In this document: positions 38,601 through 51,100 of the stretch, one piece after another
Position numbering within the stretch: position 1 is the first letter of the stretch
Layout of the letters: each line of letters opens with the position of its first letter
Assembly: GCA_965202585.1 (NCBI GenBank)
Contig: OZ241832.1
Span: 42,036,001 to 42,100,000 of the forward strand
Reading direction: 5' to 3'
From: Thalia democratica
Lineage: Eukaryota
DNA: 64,000 bases
Translations under genes and position numbers: made by a program
Notes under the pieces: model-generated
The model's database searches: none
The model's input: the letters and a program-made list of their open reading frames with translations, nothing else
What the model was told of the DNA's origin: nothing

Positions 38601-41600
38601 TCATTTTAAGGGCGTCTGCAAACGCGACCTAAGTAGAAGAACAAATGACAATCAAATTATAATTATTTTTGCTTATTTATTATTTCTTAGCATCACAGTG
38701 TTTGTAATTGTTCTTTTATTATCGTGTTCCTGTACATAATAACTATTTTTAAAGTTCAATAAGCATAGCCGATTTCGGCTGATAGCGGGATTATTACTGT
38801 GGTTTTTAGTTATTTGTTGGTGCAAGGCTCAGTTTTAAAAAAATTTTAGATAAAGCCTTGGAATAACTTGTTGAAATTTTGGTAATACGTAATAAATTGG
38901 ATTCAAAATAGCTATGCAGCAAGTAGCTTTTCAGTAATTTAAAAAATAAAAACTACCTTTTTTGTAATAGCTTTATACTAAAAATGGACAAGATAACTTG
39001 TATCAAAAAATTCATGGAATAAAATAAGAAAATCTGGAAGGAGTTCAGAAAACCTTGAACGTATTTCCAAAAATTTAGATAATTTAGTATATCACTTAAT
39101 TAAAATACATTGATTAAAGTTAACATGTCACTATTAAAACAATTTTAAAATAAATTTTGTAAATTAAGTGTTTAAAGTTACAAAAATTAATTAAAATTTA
39201 TTTAGCTTAACACAACATTTGTAGTTAAACAGTAATTAAAGAAATTGAATTTGACTAATTTTGAAACTTTTTCATTTTCGTTAAACACAAATATTTTAAA
39301 TGTCACTAATTTGAATCACACTATTTAAATCAAATATAAAAAACAGATGGACTTTTAAATTGTTGCAATTTCAAATGTCATTTTTTTGTAGTTTAAGTTA
39401 TTGTGTTCGATTGTTTGAAATGTTGTTTAAGAAGAGTGGTCTTCACGGTGTGCAGAAATTATTTTACTGTGCACAGAAAAAATAGTAAAGTGTAAAAAGA
39501 AAATGACGTATGTGTTGACATTAAAAAAATTTGTGTTGACTATAAAATGTTGCTCAAGTTCAGGTTTTTTTTCTCCTTGAAACCGGACACAAGTATAATG
39601 TTAAATTAGCACGTATACTATTTGGTGAATTTTCTATTAAAAAAAACTAACTATAGCACTAATTAACAGTTTTTAGCACGATATTTTGATATTAAATTTT
39701 TATTAAACACTAAAAAAAAAACTTTTTTTGTAGCGACTAATTTGTTTTAGTCTAGTGTGCACATAACTATTTCACAGTAATCTACTGTAAACAGCTTTTA
39801 AAAATGGTGAAGAATACTGGTTTATAAAGTCGTATTTTAAGATGTCGTACTTTGAAATGTTTGTTTTTTAATAAACACAATTTTTAACAAAGTTTAAGAC
39901 TGTCGTGGATAAATAAACATTATATGAGTTGTGGGATTCTGAATTGTGAGAATTTGAGTTGTCGTCCACCCACTAGTTCTGAATTAAAAAAAAAACTATT
40001 TTATACAAGTTACTCTTGATTTATATTTATTCAAATAACTTATCCTCACCAAACTAATAAATGCTGCTCCACTGTCTTTGTTATTGTTGTTGGGTGCAAA
40101 ACTATTCAAATTCTGAATATTCTAGTTTTATTAGTTCTGAGTAATTGTTAATTATCTCCTTTAATAAGCATTGAAAGTCAAAAATATTATACCAACATAT
40201 TTTATGTACTTTATCTTCATGAACATTTTTTTTCTAAAAAAAAAGCTATTTTTTGAGATATAAATAAAGTTAGTTTTAAAGCTTACTAAAATGTAGTGAT
40301 TTTTAGTAAATATTTATTTTATGTTTTTTAAAATAACTTTTTTTAAACAATTTTTACCATCTTAATCTTATTAAGTGGACCTACAAGTGCTTTTTTTTAA
40401 ATAATTTTTAGTTGTGGCCCTTTAATATTTTTAAAAAGAATTTGAAATATCATGTAAACATTGTTGCTAATGCAAAACAGTTTTAAGCATAAATTTATAA
40501 ACAAGCTAAGCATAACACTAAATTTAACATTAGCATGTTTGCTTACACATTGTAGCAAAAAAAAAATCTAATTACTTAGATCTGAGCTTCATATGACTGC
40601 AATAACTGAAACCATGAGAAAGCCGCTGTCAAATCAAATGTACAAGGTTATGAGCAGTCAACAGCAGTCTCGTTACGATGATATTCAGTATTACAAAGCA
40701 ACATGTAGAACGCGTAGTCGATCGCACACACCTGAACCTATCTACAAAACTAGTCAGGATGAAACTAAACAATTAGCCTCGGTGGCAACACGTAAGCTTT
40801 TGTGTTTATTTTGTATATGTTTAACCTTTTTTTTATGCGGACTTTTAAAGCTTTAATCAATTTTAAACTGAGTTAAAATAGGTCTTTAAATTTGTATTTT
40901 CGTCTCTTACCTTCTCGTAAACTCAAAGTTTTACGATATATGTTTATAGCAATAGGAATGCGATTTAAGAAGACGCACAGACGGTCTTCATCTTATGGCA
41001 ACACTTTACGTGTGCCATTAGACTGCTTCAAGTTGGCAGGTTACAAATAGATAGAAAATTAGAGTTTTTGTAATTGAATTAGTGAATGTTTTGAAATGAG
41101 TTTTAATTGTAAAGTTTTGGTTTTTATTAAAAGGTAATTGCAATAATTTTTCAAATTAAATTATATAAATTTTGTTTACTGTTTTGACAATAGTTTTGAA
41201 TATACTAAAAGATTAAATAAAATAACTTTGACTTCTTTGCAGACATGCAATTGAAAGGATTCTTTAGCGCTATGTTTTTTTCTTAAGAAATAGTTTTGAT
41301 TTATGTCAAAAAGGGTCTTGATCTAAGTTTTTTTTAAATTTAAACTAAAAATATAAATATAAACCATTATTTTAAGGAAATTGAAGCCTTGTAGATTCAT
41401 TCCTGCATTTAGCACATGACTTATGTTTTATATATATTGTGTTCTAATCAACATAGATATTTTTATATAAAAAATCTCGTGTTTAAACATTTTTGTACAT
41501 AATAAAAAAGTTATAAACAGAGCTATTTCCATTATGATTTTAGGTAAAAGTGTAGTTGACAAAAGTGATCTAGTAGATAGCTTATTTTTCTTTAAAAAAA

Positions 41601-44600
41601 ATCTGGGATAAGTCTGCAAATCAATCAGACCAGCTCAGGTTTCTTTGAATTTAAAAATTATTTTGAAAAACTTACACTGATTCAGGCTAGTTATTGATAA
41701 TTATTTTTGTATTTTACGGTTATTTTCTATCAATAAAACTTACACATATTTTCAATTAGAAGTTTATTACAATACTTTTTTTCTGCCTATTTTAATCGTC
41801 AGTAATTATATAATTCCCAAGTCCTGAGTTAAGGGATTAATTTTAACAATTAAATGCTAAATATAAGGACTTGTAAACTTAATACTTTTTGAATTTTTAA
41901 AGTTTGATTATATTACAAATAAAAATGAAGTTGCTGTAAAATTTTACAAAGAGATATTATGTTTTAATATTTTTAATGTGTATCTAATAAGACATTATTA
42001 AAGTTAAAATAGTAATACAAGACACATAGAAATAAATAATTTTTAGTTTTGAAAAAGTTTAGTATATTTTATTACAAACAAAGTTTTTGTTAACTTTTGT
42101 TTTCTAAATCTTGTATTTTTTATTCATTTAGCGTATTTTATTTATCAGATAAATGTTTTTGCAAAAGTTGCTGTTACTTTTATAAACAACCAAGTTAAAA
42201 CTTCTGTCTTTTAAGTAATTAAACTTACTAAAAGTTTAGTAGGTTGTATTTACAATGGTAAGAAGTAAGAAAACTTGTGTTTTCTTATCACCTATTGAAA
42301 AATGGCAAAATTTCAACTGTTGTTACCGCTTATGTACTTTTTAAAATAGAAAATTATGATTTGTACATTTTTATATGCATGAACTATTTTAAATTCTAAA
42401 AAAAAGTTAGTTATGTGCTTTTATTAAAGAAGTTTTAAATCATTATAAAAATTTAAACTTTTTTAATCAGTCATTAACTTCTCTTGCCATATATACTATA
42501 TAAATATTTTATAGATAAAGCTTTAGTTTTTTTAAGAGCTTGAAAAACTTTGCAATGGTTTCTTTAAAGCATTCTTAAAGTATTAACTTTTTATAGGTTA
42601 AAATTTATAAAATTTTCTGCAGTAGATTTTATCCAAACTGCAATTAATTATAACTGTTGATGTGGTGGTAAAATCATAACTGCTCACCTAATTGTGATGT
42701 TTAATTTTTTGACTTTTTATTTGTAATTTTTAGATTGCTAGTTGGCACAACATTATTAGTATTTCTTGTTATACTTTATAGTTTCATAAAAGTATTAGAA
42801 CTTCGGTTTTACACGGGATAACTGCTTTTAGATATATCATAAACCTTATTAAAATTTGCAGCACTAGGCGAAGAGAATAAAGACTGCAGCAGAAGAAAAT
42901 CTTCAGCTGATCTAATAGCCGAGCTGGAGCAGCAACCCATTGAATCTTCAATAAAAACACCAATCAGTTCTAGATCAGCTAGCCCAGTTCCCAGCATGTT
43001 AGCAAAATGATTTTATTTGCGTCTATACTTTAAAGTTGTAATTCAAAAATACTTATATATAATCATAACACTGAGAAACTTTCAATTTTTCTCAGTTTAA
43101 GTTTTTTCACAGTTTGATAAAGTTTAATTTTGTTTATTAAGTTGAACACAATTAGTACTTGCAATTGATTTAGCTGTTTTTTGACTTACCGATTACGAAT
43201 TTTACTTAAATTTTAAAAGCTTACATAGATTATTTTCAGTACACCTTAACATAACCGTTTGAAGTTACTTAAAATACAAAGTTAATAGAAGTTATATAAA
43301 GCTAACAGACAAATATAATTGCGTTTTGATGGTAAACTAATGATATATCAGTTTAAAAGTTTTATCAACAATACTTTTTTTAAACATTTAATTATTTTTT
43401 TTGGGACTTTTTAGTTTATAAAACAATAAAAAACAAATTCTAATGTTTTTTATTGCGAAAAATATGTTTGTATTTAATGTTGTAAGTTAACATAGAGATC
43501 TTTCTTAATTATTTATTTTGTCTTTTTGAGCTCTAACTTTATTTTCCTTTTTTTACTAATTTGAATAGTAAGAATAAGAACACTTGCTATAAATTAAAAT
43601 AGAAATATTGTATTTCTTCAAATTTTGACTCTATCGTAGTTTAAACTAAAAAATATTGTTTTTAAATTTCAAGAAAAAAAAAAAAGAAAAACTTATATAT
43701 TTTAGATTAACTGCTAACAAAAGAGCTGTATATCAGCAGAAGCAGACTAAAGTTTCACCTTGTTTACCAAACACAAGAGTATCTACATCTTCTAATGATT
43801 TATTAAGTTTGTTAATGATAGATATACTTCTTAAACAATAAAAATATGAAAGCAATTCTTATTGTTTATATTTTGTTTCGGTTATAAGTTTAAATTAAAA
43901 ATTTTAATTTTAAAGTTTATTCTGTTATGTTTTTTTATTGTGTTTAAAAAAGTTCGTATTTCACGAATTAAAAATAAGTTTATCGAACTTAGATCACGCT
44001 AGCTTTTTTATTTTGTTGTTACGTAAATAAAAAGCGCTCAGAGTTTACTATCTTAGTACAAAGTTCCAAAAAAAGACTTATAGAATATTTATAGCCTGAA
44101 AACAATTGTAATAGTCTTTAAATAACAAAGTATTCTCAGTTTAAAGTTTAAGCTGATTTGTTGTTAAGAATATCTAATGTACTTGATAAAACTTAGTTTG
44201 CGTTTAAAAATGTTTGGTTTTTATCTTACTTAGTTTCATTTAGTTTATGTTAAGAGTTTCTTTACATACCAAAAACAAATTTGTTTTTAAAATTTAGTAT
44301 AATAAGTTGATTATTTAATTGAATAATCACAATAAAAATGATCAGGTTACGAGTCGTTACCGAGAGCTTACATAACGCTTGAGCTCCACTTACAACCGCT
44401 ACCTCCGTCCACAAGCTCGCATCAGTCCATGCAAATATACGAAAAACACTGCTTGCTGGCCGAAGAATACCTTAGAATGGAAGTTCGTTTTGCATCGATA
44501 AAATTAAGTGTATATCATAAGATTTAAGTTCTGTATAGAAAATAATATTGAAGTCTTCAGAGTATTTATAGCACAAAGCGAGTAGAAGGTCATCAATATC

Positions 44601-45744
44601 TCAAAGCTCATGAATTTGATCTATATTATATGCATAATTATTTTTTCTTGTTTTCAATAATTTTACAATTAATAACTTTTCGAATTACTTTCATACTAGA
44701 CTGAAATAAAGTCGTGGGAGAAACGCGCTTTACAACTCAGATACGAACTGCAGCGTGAAGAAGAAAATGAAAATGAAGAAATACGACTGCAAAACGAGTA
44801 TCAGATGCTTCTTGCAAGGTTTAAAATATTACTTAAGTTATATAAGTTCTGGCTTTGTTAAGATATTTATTCAGTGCTAAAACTTTTGTTACTAAAGCAA
44901 AACAAGTTAAGTTCAAATATTATATGCGCTCTCATTACTCACTTAATTAAAAGAAAGTCTTGTATTTTGTTTTTATGTATTTTATATTGATTATGTTAAC
45001 ATAAAATAATAACTTAAAGCCGATGTTTTTTATTCGTATAAAGTTTTGTATGTACTAACTATTTTCAAACTCTTTGGTCGACTTATGTTTTGTGTATACG
45101 TTTTATAACAAAAAAGAATTGACTTGTAAGTATCTGTTTTCCAAGATAGAGGTAATTTAGAATTTTCAAAACTTTCGATATGTTAAACTGCATTTCGAAA
45201 TTAATTTTTAGTTCATTTATTATGGAAAACAATTTTAGTAGAAGGGTAAGATATACAAGAAAATCCTTTTGCAAGACCTTTTATTTTCTTCATTTCAAAC
45301 CCCTGATCATCTAGTGTAAATTCCAGTATGAATTTTGTGTTTTCCTATGCAAGTTTCAAATTCATTTTCATGCGAATCGTGAAGCATTGAATAAAAAAAT
45401 CATTTTTAGGAACTAGGTAAAATTAGGAACTTAGTAATTAGTAACTTGATTATTAGGAACTTAGTAAAAGTATGTAAACGATATGCTTTTAATTTATATG
45501 TAAAATGTATAACTAAGATTTCTTATATCTTACTAAAACAAGTTTTTATTTATATTTAAAGTTTAGGTTTAAAAAAACAAAAGTTTTTAGTTGTGTTTTT
45601 TGCAACTATATTTTCAAACCTCAATATTCTAAGAAAATTATAACACAATAAAACAGTTTTTTTAACAGAAATAAGTCACTTAGAAAATGGAAAGAAAAAA
45701 TGAACAATGATCTTAGAACTGTAAGAGGACAGAAATATATTTAA
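26684..45744 (+). CDS. MAP3K7: MAP3K7/TAK1 kinase, 14 exons, 596 aa
   Basis: Exons 26684-26746, 27784-28006, 33526-33664, 33774-33861, 33968-34060, 34912-35042, 37211-37393, 40580-40791, 40950-41039, 42862-42997, 43706-43806, 44346-44482, 44700-44818, 45669-45744. All junctions are GT-AG, phases chain, total 1791 nt. TAK1 hallmarks: [66 protein letters not shown], and a C-terminal TAB2/3-binding-like region [14 protein letters not shown]...RNKSL. Exon 11 boundaries are the least certain. Confidence 0.95.
29330..29771. mobile_element. hAT-like MITE with CAGGGTTGCCA TIRs and a 6-bp TSD, nested in the Buster element
   Basis: AAAAACCTGGAA subrepeats; exact flanking TATCAA at 29324-29329 and 29772-29777. 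Confidence 0.85.
30276..30591. mobile_element. Tc1/mariner (pogo/Tigger-like) MITE, nested in the Buster element
   Basis: TIRs CAGTAGACTTCCACTTGAGTTTGCAC / GTGCGAACTCAATAGGAAGTCTACCG with TA on both sides. Confidence 0.8.
36131..36622. mobile_element. Foldback-type element in TAK1 intron 6
   Basis: GGG...CCC ends, TTTTGCACG subrepeat arms, three internal GAGGGTAAGGGTTAGGGGTAA-type motifs; flanks actctgat / actgagat (6/8). Confidence 0.75.
37880..38795 (+). mobile_element. Decayed RTE-clade (BovB-like) LINE fragment in TAK1 intron 7
   Basis: Frame-broken RT remnants [25 protein letters not shown] (the LFADD motif), [23 protein letters not shown]; 3' motif shared with 4044-4068. Confidence 0.75.
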
Positions 45745-46936
45745 GATAATTCAGTTTTATAAAGTTTAAAAGTTTGTGTGCCTTTTAGTATCATGTATTT
45801 TTTTTGTAATTTAAAAATTAATGCTGCAATATTTTGATCAAAAACGTTATAGAATACCTGATGTATCAAAGATTGTTATTTTATTTTCTAAACTTTCATG
45901 AACATAAGTTTTTTAAAGTTTAGAATACAATCTGTAAGTTCTTGTTGAAATACGTTTTTTTGTTTAGATTTCAGATTCACATAAGAGAGTTAAAATTTGT
46001 ATTAATATCAAACTAACTTAGTTTTTTTAATTGAATTGTTTTGTACCAACTTTAATCCATATATCTAGCATTTTATACTACTATTTCACGCAATTTACTT
46101 CTTAATTCCGTACGTTTTTATCTTTACTGGACCAAGTAAAAAAAAAAACTGTAATGATAAAACTGTGAACTTTTGTAGTTGTTTTAAATAATCGTTGGAG
46201 TAGTTAAACTGCTTAATTTAAAAATATTATTCAATAATTTGTATATTCAACTTAAAATTTTGTCGATTATTGTCAGAATTAAAAAAAAAGTTTCTTAATA
46301 ATATATTAGTGTTCGTAGTAGTTTTTACAAAGTAGTGTTCGATAGAAATTAAAAAAATGGTATATTAATTCCCACCCAATTGTTTAAAACTCAAATCAGT
46401 TCCCACTCAATATATTTTGCACCTCACTTTTGCAAAGAGTGTCGTTTTTGCGCGGCGTCAGTTTTTCAGTCTACTTTTGTGAAATTAAGATAAAATTAAG
46501 TTGACGAAAATTATTTTAATAAAGTTAAGTAAAATCACAATTTATCTAAATCTGTAATATAATTAAAACGAACGTAAATAAAAATAAAATATGTATTAAT
46601 GTAAAACTAAATTTTAATAAAAAATAAATTTGAAGTTTATTTATATATACCTAAAAAAAGATTTAAACGGAGTTAGCTGAAACTAAGTACAACTTTAAAT
46701 AATTGAAATTTATTATAAATCTACCAAAAAAAAGATTTGTTTGAAATTAATTCAGGGTTGTCAAAAAAACATAGAATTTGAAAATTTAGGAAAAAAATAA
46801 ACTGGAATTTTAAACAATTTTTACGTGTAAAGTAATGTAAATTTTATTAGATACAAAAAATATATGGTACAAAATAATTTTTTTTGAAGCCATAACATTT
46901 TATTTATAAGTTTTTATTCTTTTAAGAGTTTATTTT

Positions 46937-46971
46937 GCAAACTAAGTTTCGGTCAAAGACCTCGTCAGTGC
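46937..46971 (-). ncRNA. Minimal type I hammerhead ribozyme motif (family C, left copy)
   Basis: Minus strand reads GCA CUGACGA GGUC UUU GACC GAAA C UUA GUU|UGC: core, 4-bp stem II, minimal stem III, 3-bp stem I. Confidence 0.6.
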
Positions 46972-47039
46972 TTAGATAAAAAAAGTTATACAAATAAAAT
47001 TTGATACAGAATACTATTTGAATAATTTTGTTTTAATAA

Positions 47040-47074
47040 GCACTGAAGAGGTCTTTGACCGAAACTTAGTTTGC
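47040..47074 (+). ncRNA. Minimal type I hammerhead ribozyme motif (family C, right copy)
   Basis: GCA CUGAAGA GGUC UUU GACC GAAA C UUA GUU|UGC; predicted cleavage after 47071. Confidence 0.6.
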
Positions 47075-47189
47075 AAAATAAAGTATTGATCGAAAAAATT
47101 AATTATTTCTCCTCTAGTAGTTAAGATCTTTTTATTAGTTTTCTTAAAATCGAAATATATAGTAATTTATTTATTATAGAATAGCATTA

Positions 47190-47531
47190 CGCAGGGATGA
47201 AAAAACCTGGAATTTGACAATTTAGGCAAAAAATTGTTGAATTCAAGAAGTTTCGAAAAAAAAAACCTGGAGTTTGAACAAAAATCACTAAAAAACCTGG
47301 AATTTTAAAGAATTTTACATGTTATTTGACAAAAATATATCATATACATAAAATTCTTTTGTCATCATCAATTTTATTATTATTAAAAAACACATTTAAA
47401 GTAGCTTTACAGTATCTTTCAAATGTTAGTATACTACTTAATGCAGTTTTTGAACCTTAAACTAGAATTAGACTCAAAAACAAGTACTTTCAAAACATGA
47501 AAGAAATTTCTCAAAAACCAGTGGCCACCCT
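47190..47531. mobile_element. Degenerate copy of the 29330-29771 MITE family
   Basis: CAGGGATG...AAAACCTGGAATTT subrepeats...GTGGCCACCCTA; interior aligns with 29330-29771. A further partial copy starts at ~46753. Confidence 0.6.
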
Positions 47532-48043
47532 AAATAAATATTTTTTGTATCATTTAGAATTTTGTTTGTTATAAAAAACAGCTAAAATACCGTTACAGTA
47601 TATTTTTATAATTTTAAACTATTTAAGACAGTTTTTAGTTTAAATTTAATACTATATAAAAATGGATTAAGTTACTTGTACTTTCAAAAACCTGAAACAA
47701 ATTAAGAAAACCTTGAAGTTAAAAAATAAAACCTTGAAAACTCTTTTAATAAGAAAAAAAAATACACGCTTCGGAAAACAAATTTTTAAAACTTATTCTT
47801 GATTTTTTAGACTAATTTTTATATTTTTACTTCGATATACATTTATTATACATAACTAGCCCAGTGTAAATATTTGGACCTGGTAGTACATACATTTTAT
47901 TGTATAAAAATAACAGTTAAAAGTAGAATTATTGAAAACATTGCTAATAAATAAGTTAGTACTTATTTTCATGTCAAGCTGTAATATAGTTCTGTTTTAT
48001 AAAAGTAACCTTTTTGCTTTAATTTTTTTTTGTTATATTTTAG

Positions 48044-48400
48044 GAGTGCACGACTATTCAAAATCAGACAATTCAAGTTCCGACAAATCAAGTTTTAAAT
48101 ATAACGTTTAAAGGTCAAGAACTCAAAAATCACTATATTTAGATAACATTTATTTTTAGGTCTAATTAATACTTACAAATATTTTTTTTTGCCGAATTTT
48201 AAATACTTTTTTAGCTGTAGCTAAAATACGTTTTAAAACACAGTAATTTTAAGTATTTTTGATGGTTTTAACAAAAAAAAAATTTGTAGCCATTTATTAG
48301 ACCTACACAAACAATAAAAAAAAAAACATTACTTTTAGTTGTGAACTTAAAATAATTCTTAAAGAATTTGAATTGTCCGAATTTGAATAGTCATGCAACC
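48044..48400. mobile_element. Mutator-like MITE with 9-bp TSD
   Basis: TIRs (G)AGTGCACGACTATTCAAA / TTTGAATAGTCATGCAACC; flanks atattttag / atatttaag match 8/9. Confidence 0.75.
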
Positions 48401-49446
48401 ATATTTAAGCATACTAGCCGAACTTTAAGCCTTTTTATGTCATTATGTTTGTTTTGTAACAATATTTTAGACATTTTAGCTATTATTGGCTTCTATGTAT
48501 TTTACACTATCTAAATGTAACAAAATTAATCGTTTTTGCTTCTGCAACGATAGACATTTTGGGGTAGAGTTTGTGGATCAAATCATTTATGTTTTAATGA
48601 TTTCAATCTGTTTAACTACTAATACTTTATTAACAAAATAATTATTAAAATAACGGCCATACTCTTTTAAACTATACGTAAATATGTTTAGAAGACCATA
48701 AAGTACATAGCTTCAAGCTTATACCTACCGACGCTACAACTTGAACGAAACCAATGATTTAAGTATTTGAACACTGCCACAAAAGTGAACTCACAATCAG
48801 TTGTTTTATATACACAGCAAAACTAACTTTTGTTTTTAACCTCAAAAGTTTAAATAATGTATTAAAAACAAACTAGCATAAAACACAAGCTTTTCTAGTA
48901 ACAAAATAACACACAGAATGAATAAAGTAAAAGATCATATGATATACAAAATAAGTAAATAAAACATTATATGACATTGGTATAACAATTTTTATCAAAA
49001 TAAAATATATGAACTTAACACTTTGTATCAACCAGACAAAAATAGCACAATTTGATGATTATAATAAAAGCAACAACGGTTTAAATTTTAATATTTTTCT
49101 ATTTTTGTAAACATAACTTTTTTCCATGACTAAAGCTTTGTATACTCTCTTATTAATAGTAGTCTTTATAAAAAATAAAGTTTATTTTAGTAATGTTAAA
49201 AGGTTCTATGCAAAACTACTTTTAATTTGATACAGTTAAGGTATATAAGTATAAAAACAACAATTTGAAGCTTTGGGTAAACAAAAAACTTGACAAGTTA
49301 CGTTTAGAAACTTAAAAAAAGTGAACATTGTAGATTCTTTTCTGTATAATGTAACCAGTATTTAGTTCGGCCATGATCAACAAAGTTGAGATGTTTCGCT
49401 CTATTAATAATGAGCTTTACCATACGACCATCAACAACAGCATCCA

Positions 49447-49488
49447 ACCTACGACCGGTTTCGTCATTATTAGGACTCATCAGGCAGG
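49447..49488 (-). ncRNA. Type I hammerhead ribozyme (family A, copy 1)
   Basis: Minus strand reads CCUGC CUGAUGA GUC CUAAUAAU GAC GAAA CCGGUC|GUAGGU. Confidence 0.85.
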
Positions 49489-49596
49489 CATGAACAGTGG
49501 CCAGAAACCTCTGTTGCAATCTAGCAAAGCGGGATTAAGAACATATGCACTGAAGGCACCGTTTGTGGGTAAAAAATGAAAAGTTGTCACGACTAT

Positions 49597-49639
49597 ACCT
49601 GCCTGATGAGTCCTAATAATGACGAAACCGGTCGTAGGT
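49597..49639 (+). ncRNA. Type I hammerhead ribozyme (family A, copy 2)
   Basis: ACCUGC CUGAUGA GUC CUAAUAAU GAC GAAA CCGGUC|GUAGGU; predicted cleavage after 49633. Confidence 0.85.
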
Positions 49640-49928
49640 TGTCTCGCATGCTGTTGTTGATGGTCGTTTGGTGAAGTTCATTATCTATTATTGGTGGCGC
49701 GAAACATTTCAACTTTCTTGATGATGGCCGGAATAAACACTGGTTAAAACTGATCAAACGTGCCTGTACTATAATCTCTCAATAAGCTGACCATGTATTA
49801 GACGTTGGGTTGTGAACAATTTAACTGCGCCAATTTTTTTGATTTTACCCTCAAACAGTTGCTTCAGTGCATATGTATTTAAACCCTTTTGGTTAGATTG
49901 CAACAGAGGTTTCTGGCCATTGTTCATG

Positions 49929-49969
49929 CCTGCCTGATGAGTCCTAATAAGGACGAAACCGGTCGTAGG
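49929..49969 (+). ncRNA. Type I hammerhead ribozyme (family A, copy 3)
   Basis: CCUGC CUGAUGA GUCC UAAUAA GGAC GAAA CCGGUC|GUAGG; perfect stem II; predicted cleavage after 49964. Confidence 0.9.
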
Positions 49970-50326
49970 TTGTCTCGGATGCTGTTGTTGATGGTCGTAT
50001 GGTAATGTGCGTTATTTATTAATTCTGTAGAATATAAGAAACTTAAAAACAATTATAACTAAAAAGTTATACAAATTATGCTTTTAATACTTTATTTTTT
50101 GTATATGTGTGTCAATAACTGAGTTTCGATCTTGTAACGTTCAACTCAAAGAGCAAAAAAAAAAAAACCTTTGTAGATCTAAGAAAAATAAAAACAAGTC
50201 ATTGCGACTTATTAAGAAAAGTATTTGTTAATATTTACATTTTTTAAACATTGTAATAAAAAAATGTATACTAGTGTTAATGAAAAAATCAAACAAACTA
50301 AGCTTTAATTTATGTATACTTAGTTA

Positions 50327-50746
50327 AGTTACATGAAAATTCAAATTCGGACAGTTCAAATTCCGACAATTCAAATTCTTAAAAAGATATTTAAGAGACC
50401 ATATCTAAAAAAGTAAAATATATTAAAAAAAATTATAAATAGGTCTCTAGGTCTTATTAATATCTACAAGCCATTTTTCTTATTTGCAAAATTTCGAATA
50501 TTTGAAAAAATAATCACAAATTATTAAAAATTAACATATTTTAAAACTTATTTGAGCCATATCACAAAAATATTTAAAGTTTTGCATAAAATAAAGAATG
50601 GTTTGTAAATATTTTTAAGATCTGAATACCAACTTGTAATTTTTTTGAAATATAAATTACTTTTTAAGTTAGGGCCCTTAAAAATTTTTTTAAAGAACTT
50701 GAATGGTCGGAGTTTGAATTGTCCGAATTTGAATAGTCGTGCAACC
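50327..50746. mobile_element. Mutator-like MITE (same family as 48044-48400)
   Basis: Ends AGTTACATGAAAATTCAAATTCGGAC and GTCCGAATTTGAATAGTCGTGCAACC. Confidence 0.7.
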
Positions 50747-51000
50747 AGTTAAGGTACATTTAGTTTTAGTTGTTATATGAGAGTTATTTTTAATTTAAAT
50801 ATCTTTAGGTATAACTACGACAGACTTTAACTTATAAAGCATTATAATGTATAACTTTTCATGTTTAAAAACAATAACGATTAAAGTGAATAAAAATTGT
50901 AGCTTTTTAAATGTCTTAAGAAAATATAAGTTTACATATTTGAAAGGTTCTCCCCACTAGAAGTAAAACATAAAGGTTTAATCAAAACATTTTGATCATC

Positions 51001-51100
51001 TCAGTATCTAAGGCTTGTGGTCTGATGATCGAAATTGTATGGTCAAACTTTTATTTGAACTTTGAGCTTGTCTCACGGCATAAGAAAGTTTAGGCTTAGA
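51001..51100 (+). repeat. Hammerhead family B downstream sequence without the ribozyme core
   Basis: TCAGT...GCTTGTGGTCTGATGATCGAA...GAGCTTGTCTCACGGCAT...GAAAGTTTAGGCTT matches 60196-60255 and the reverse complement of 60002-60099. Confidence 0.75.

Larger units (their letters stand above)
49351..50005. mobile_element. Non-autonomous Penelope-like/retrozyme-type element: tandem hammerhead units plus an inverted partial unit
   Basis: 49351-49581 is the reverse complement of sequence in 49597-50005; three hammerhead motifs; no RT or GIY-YIG ORF seen. Confidence 0.75.
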
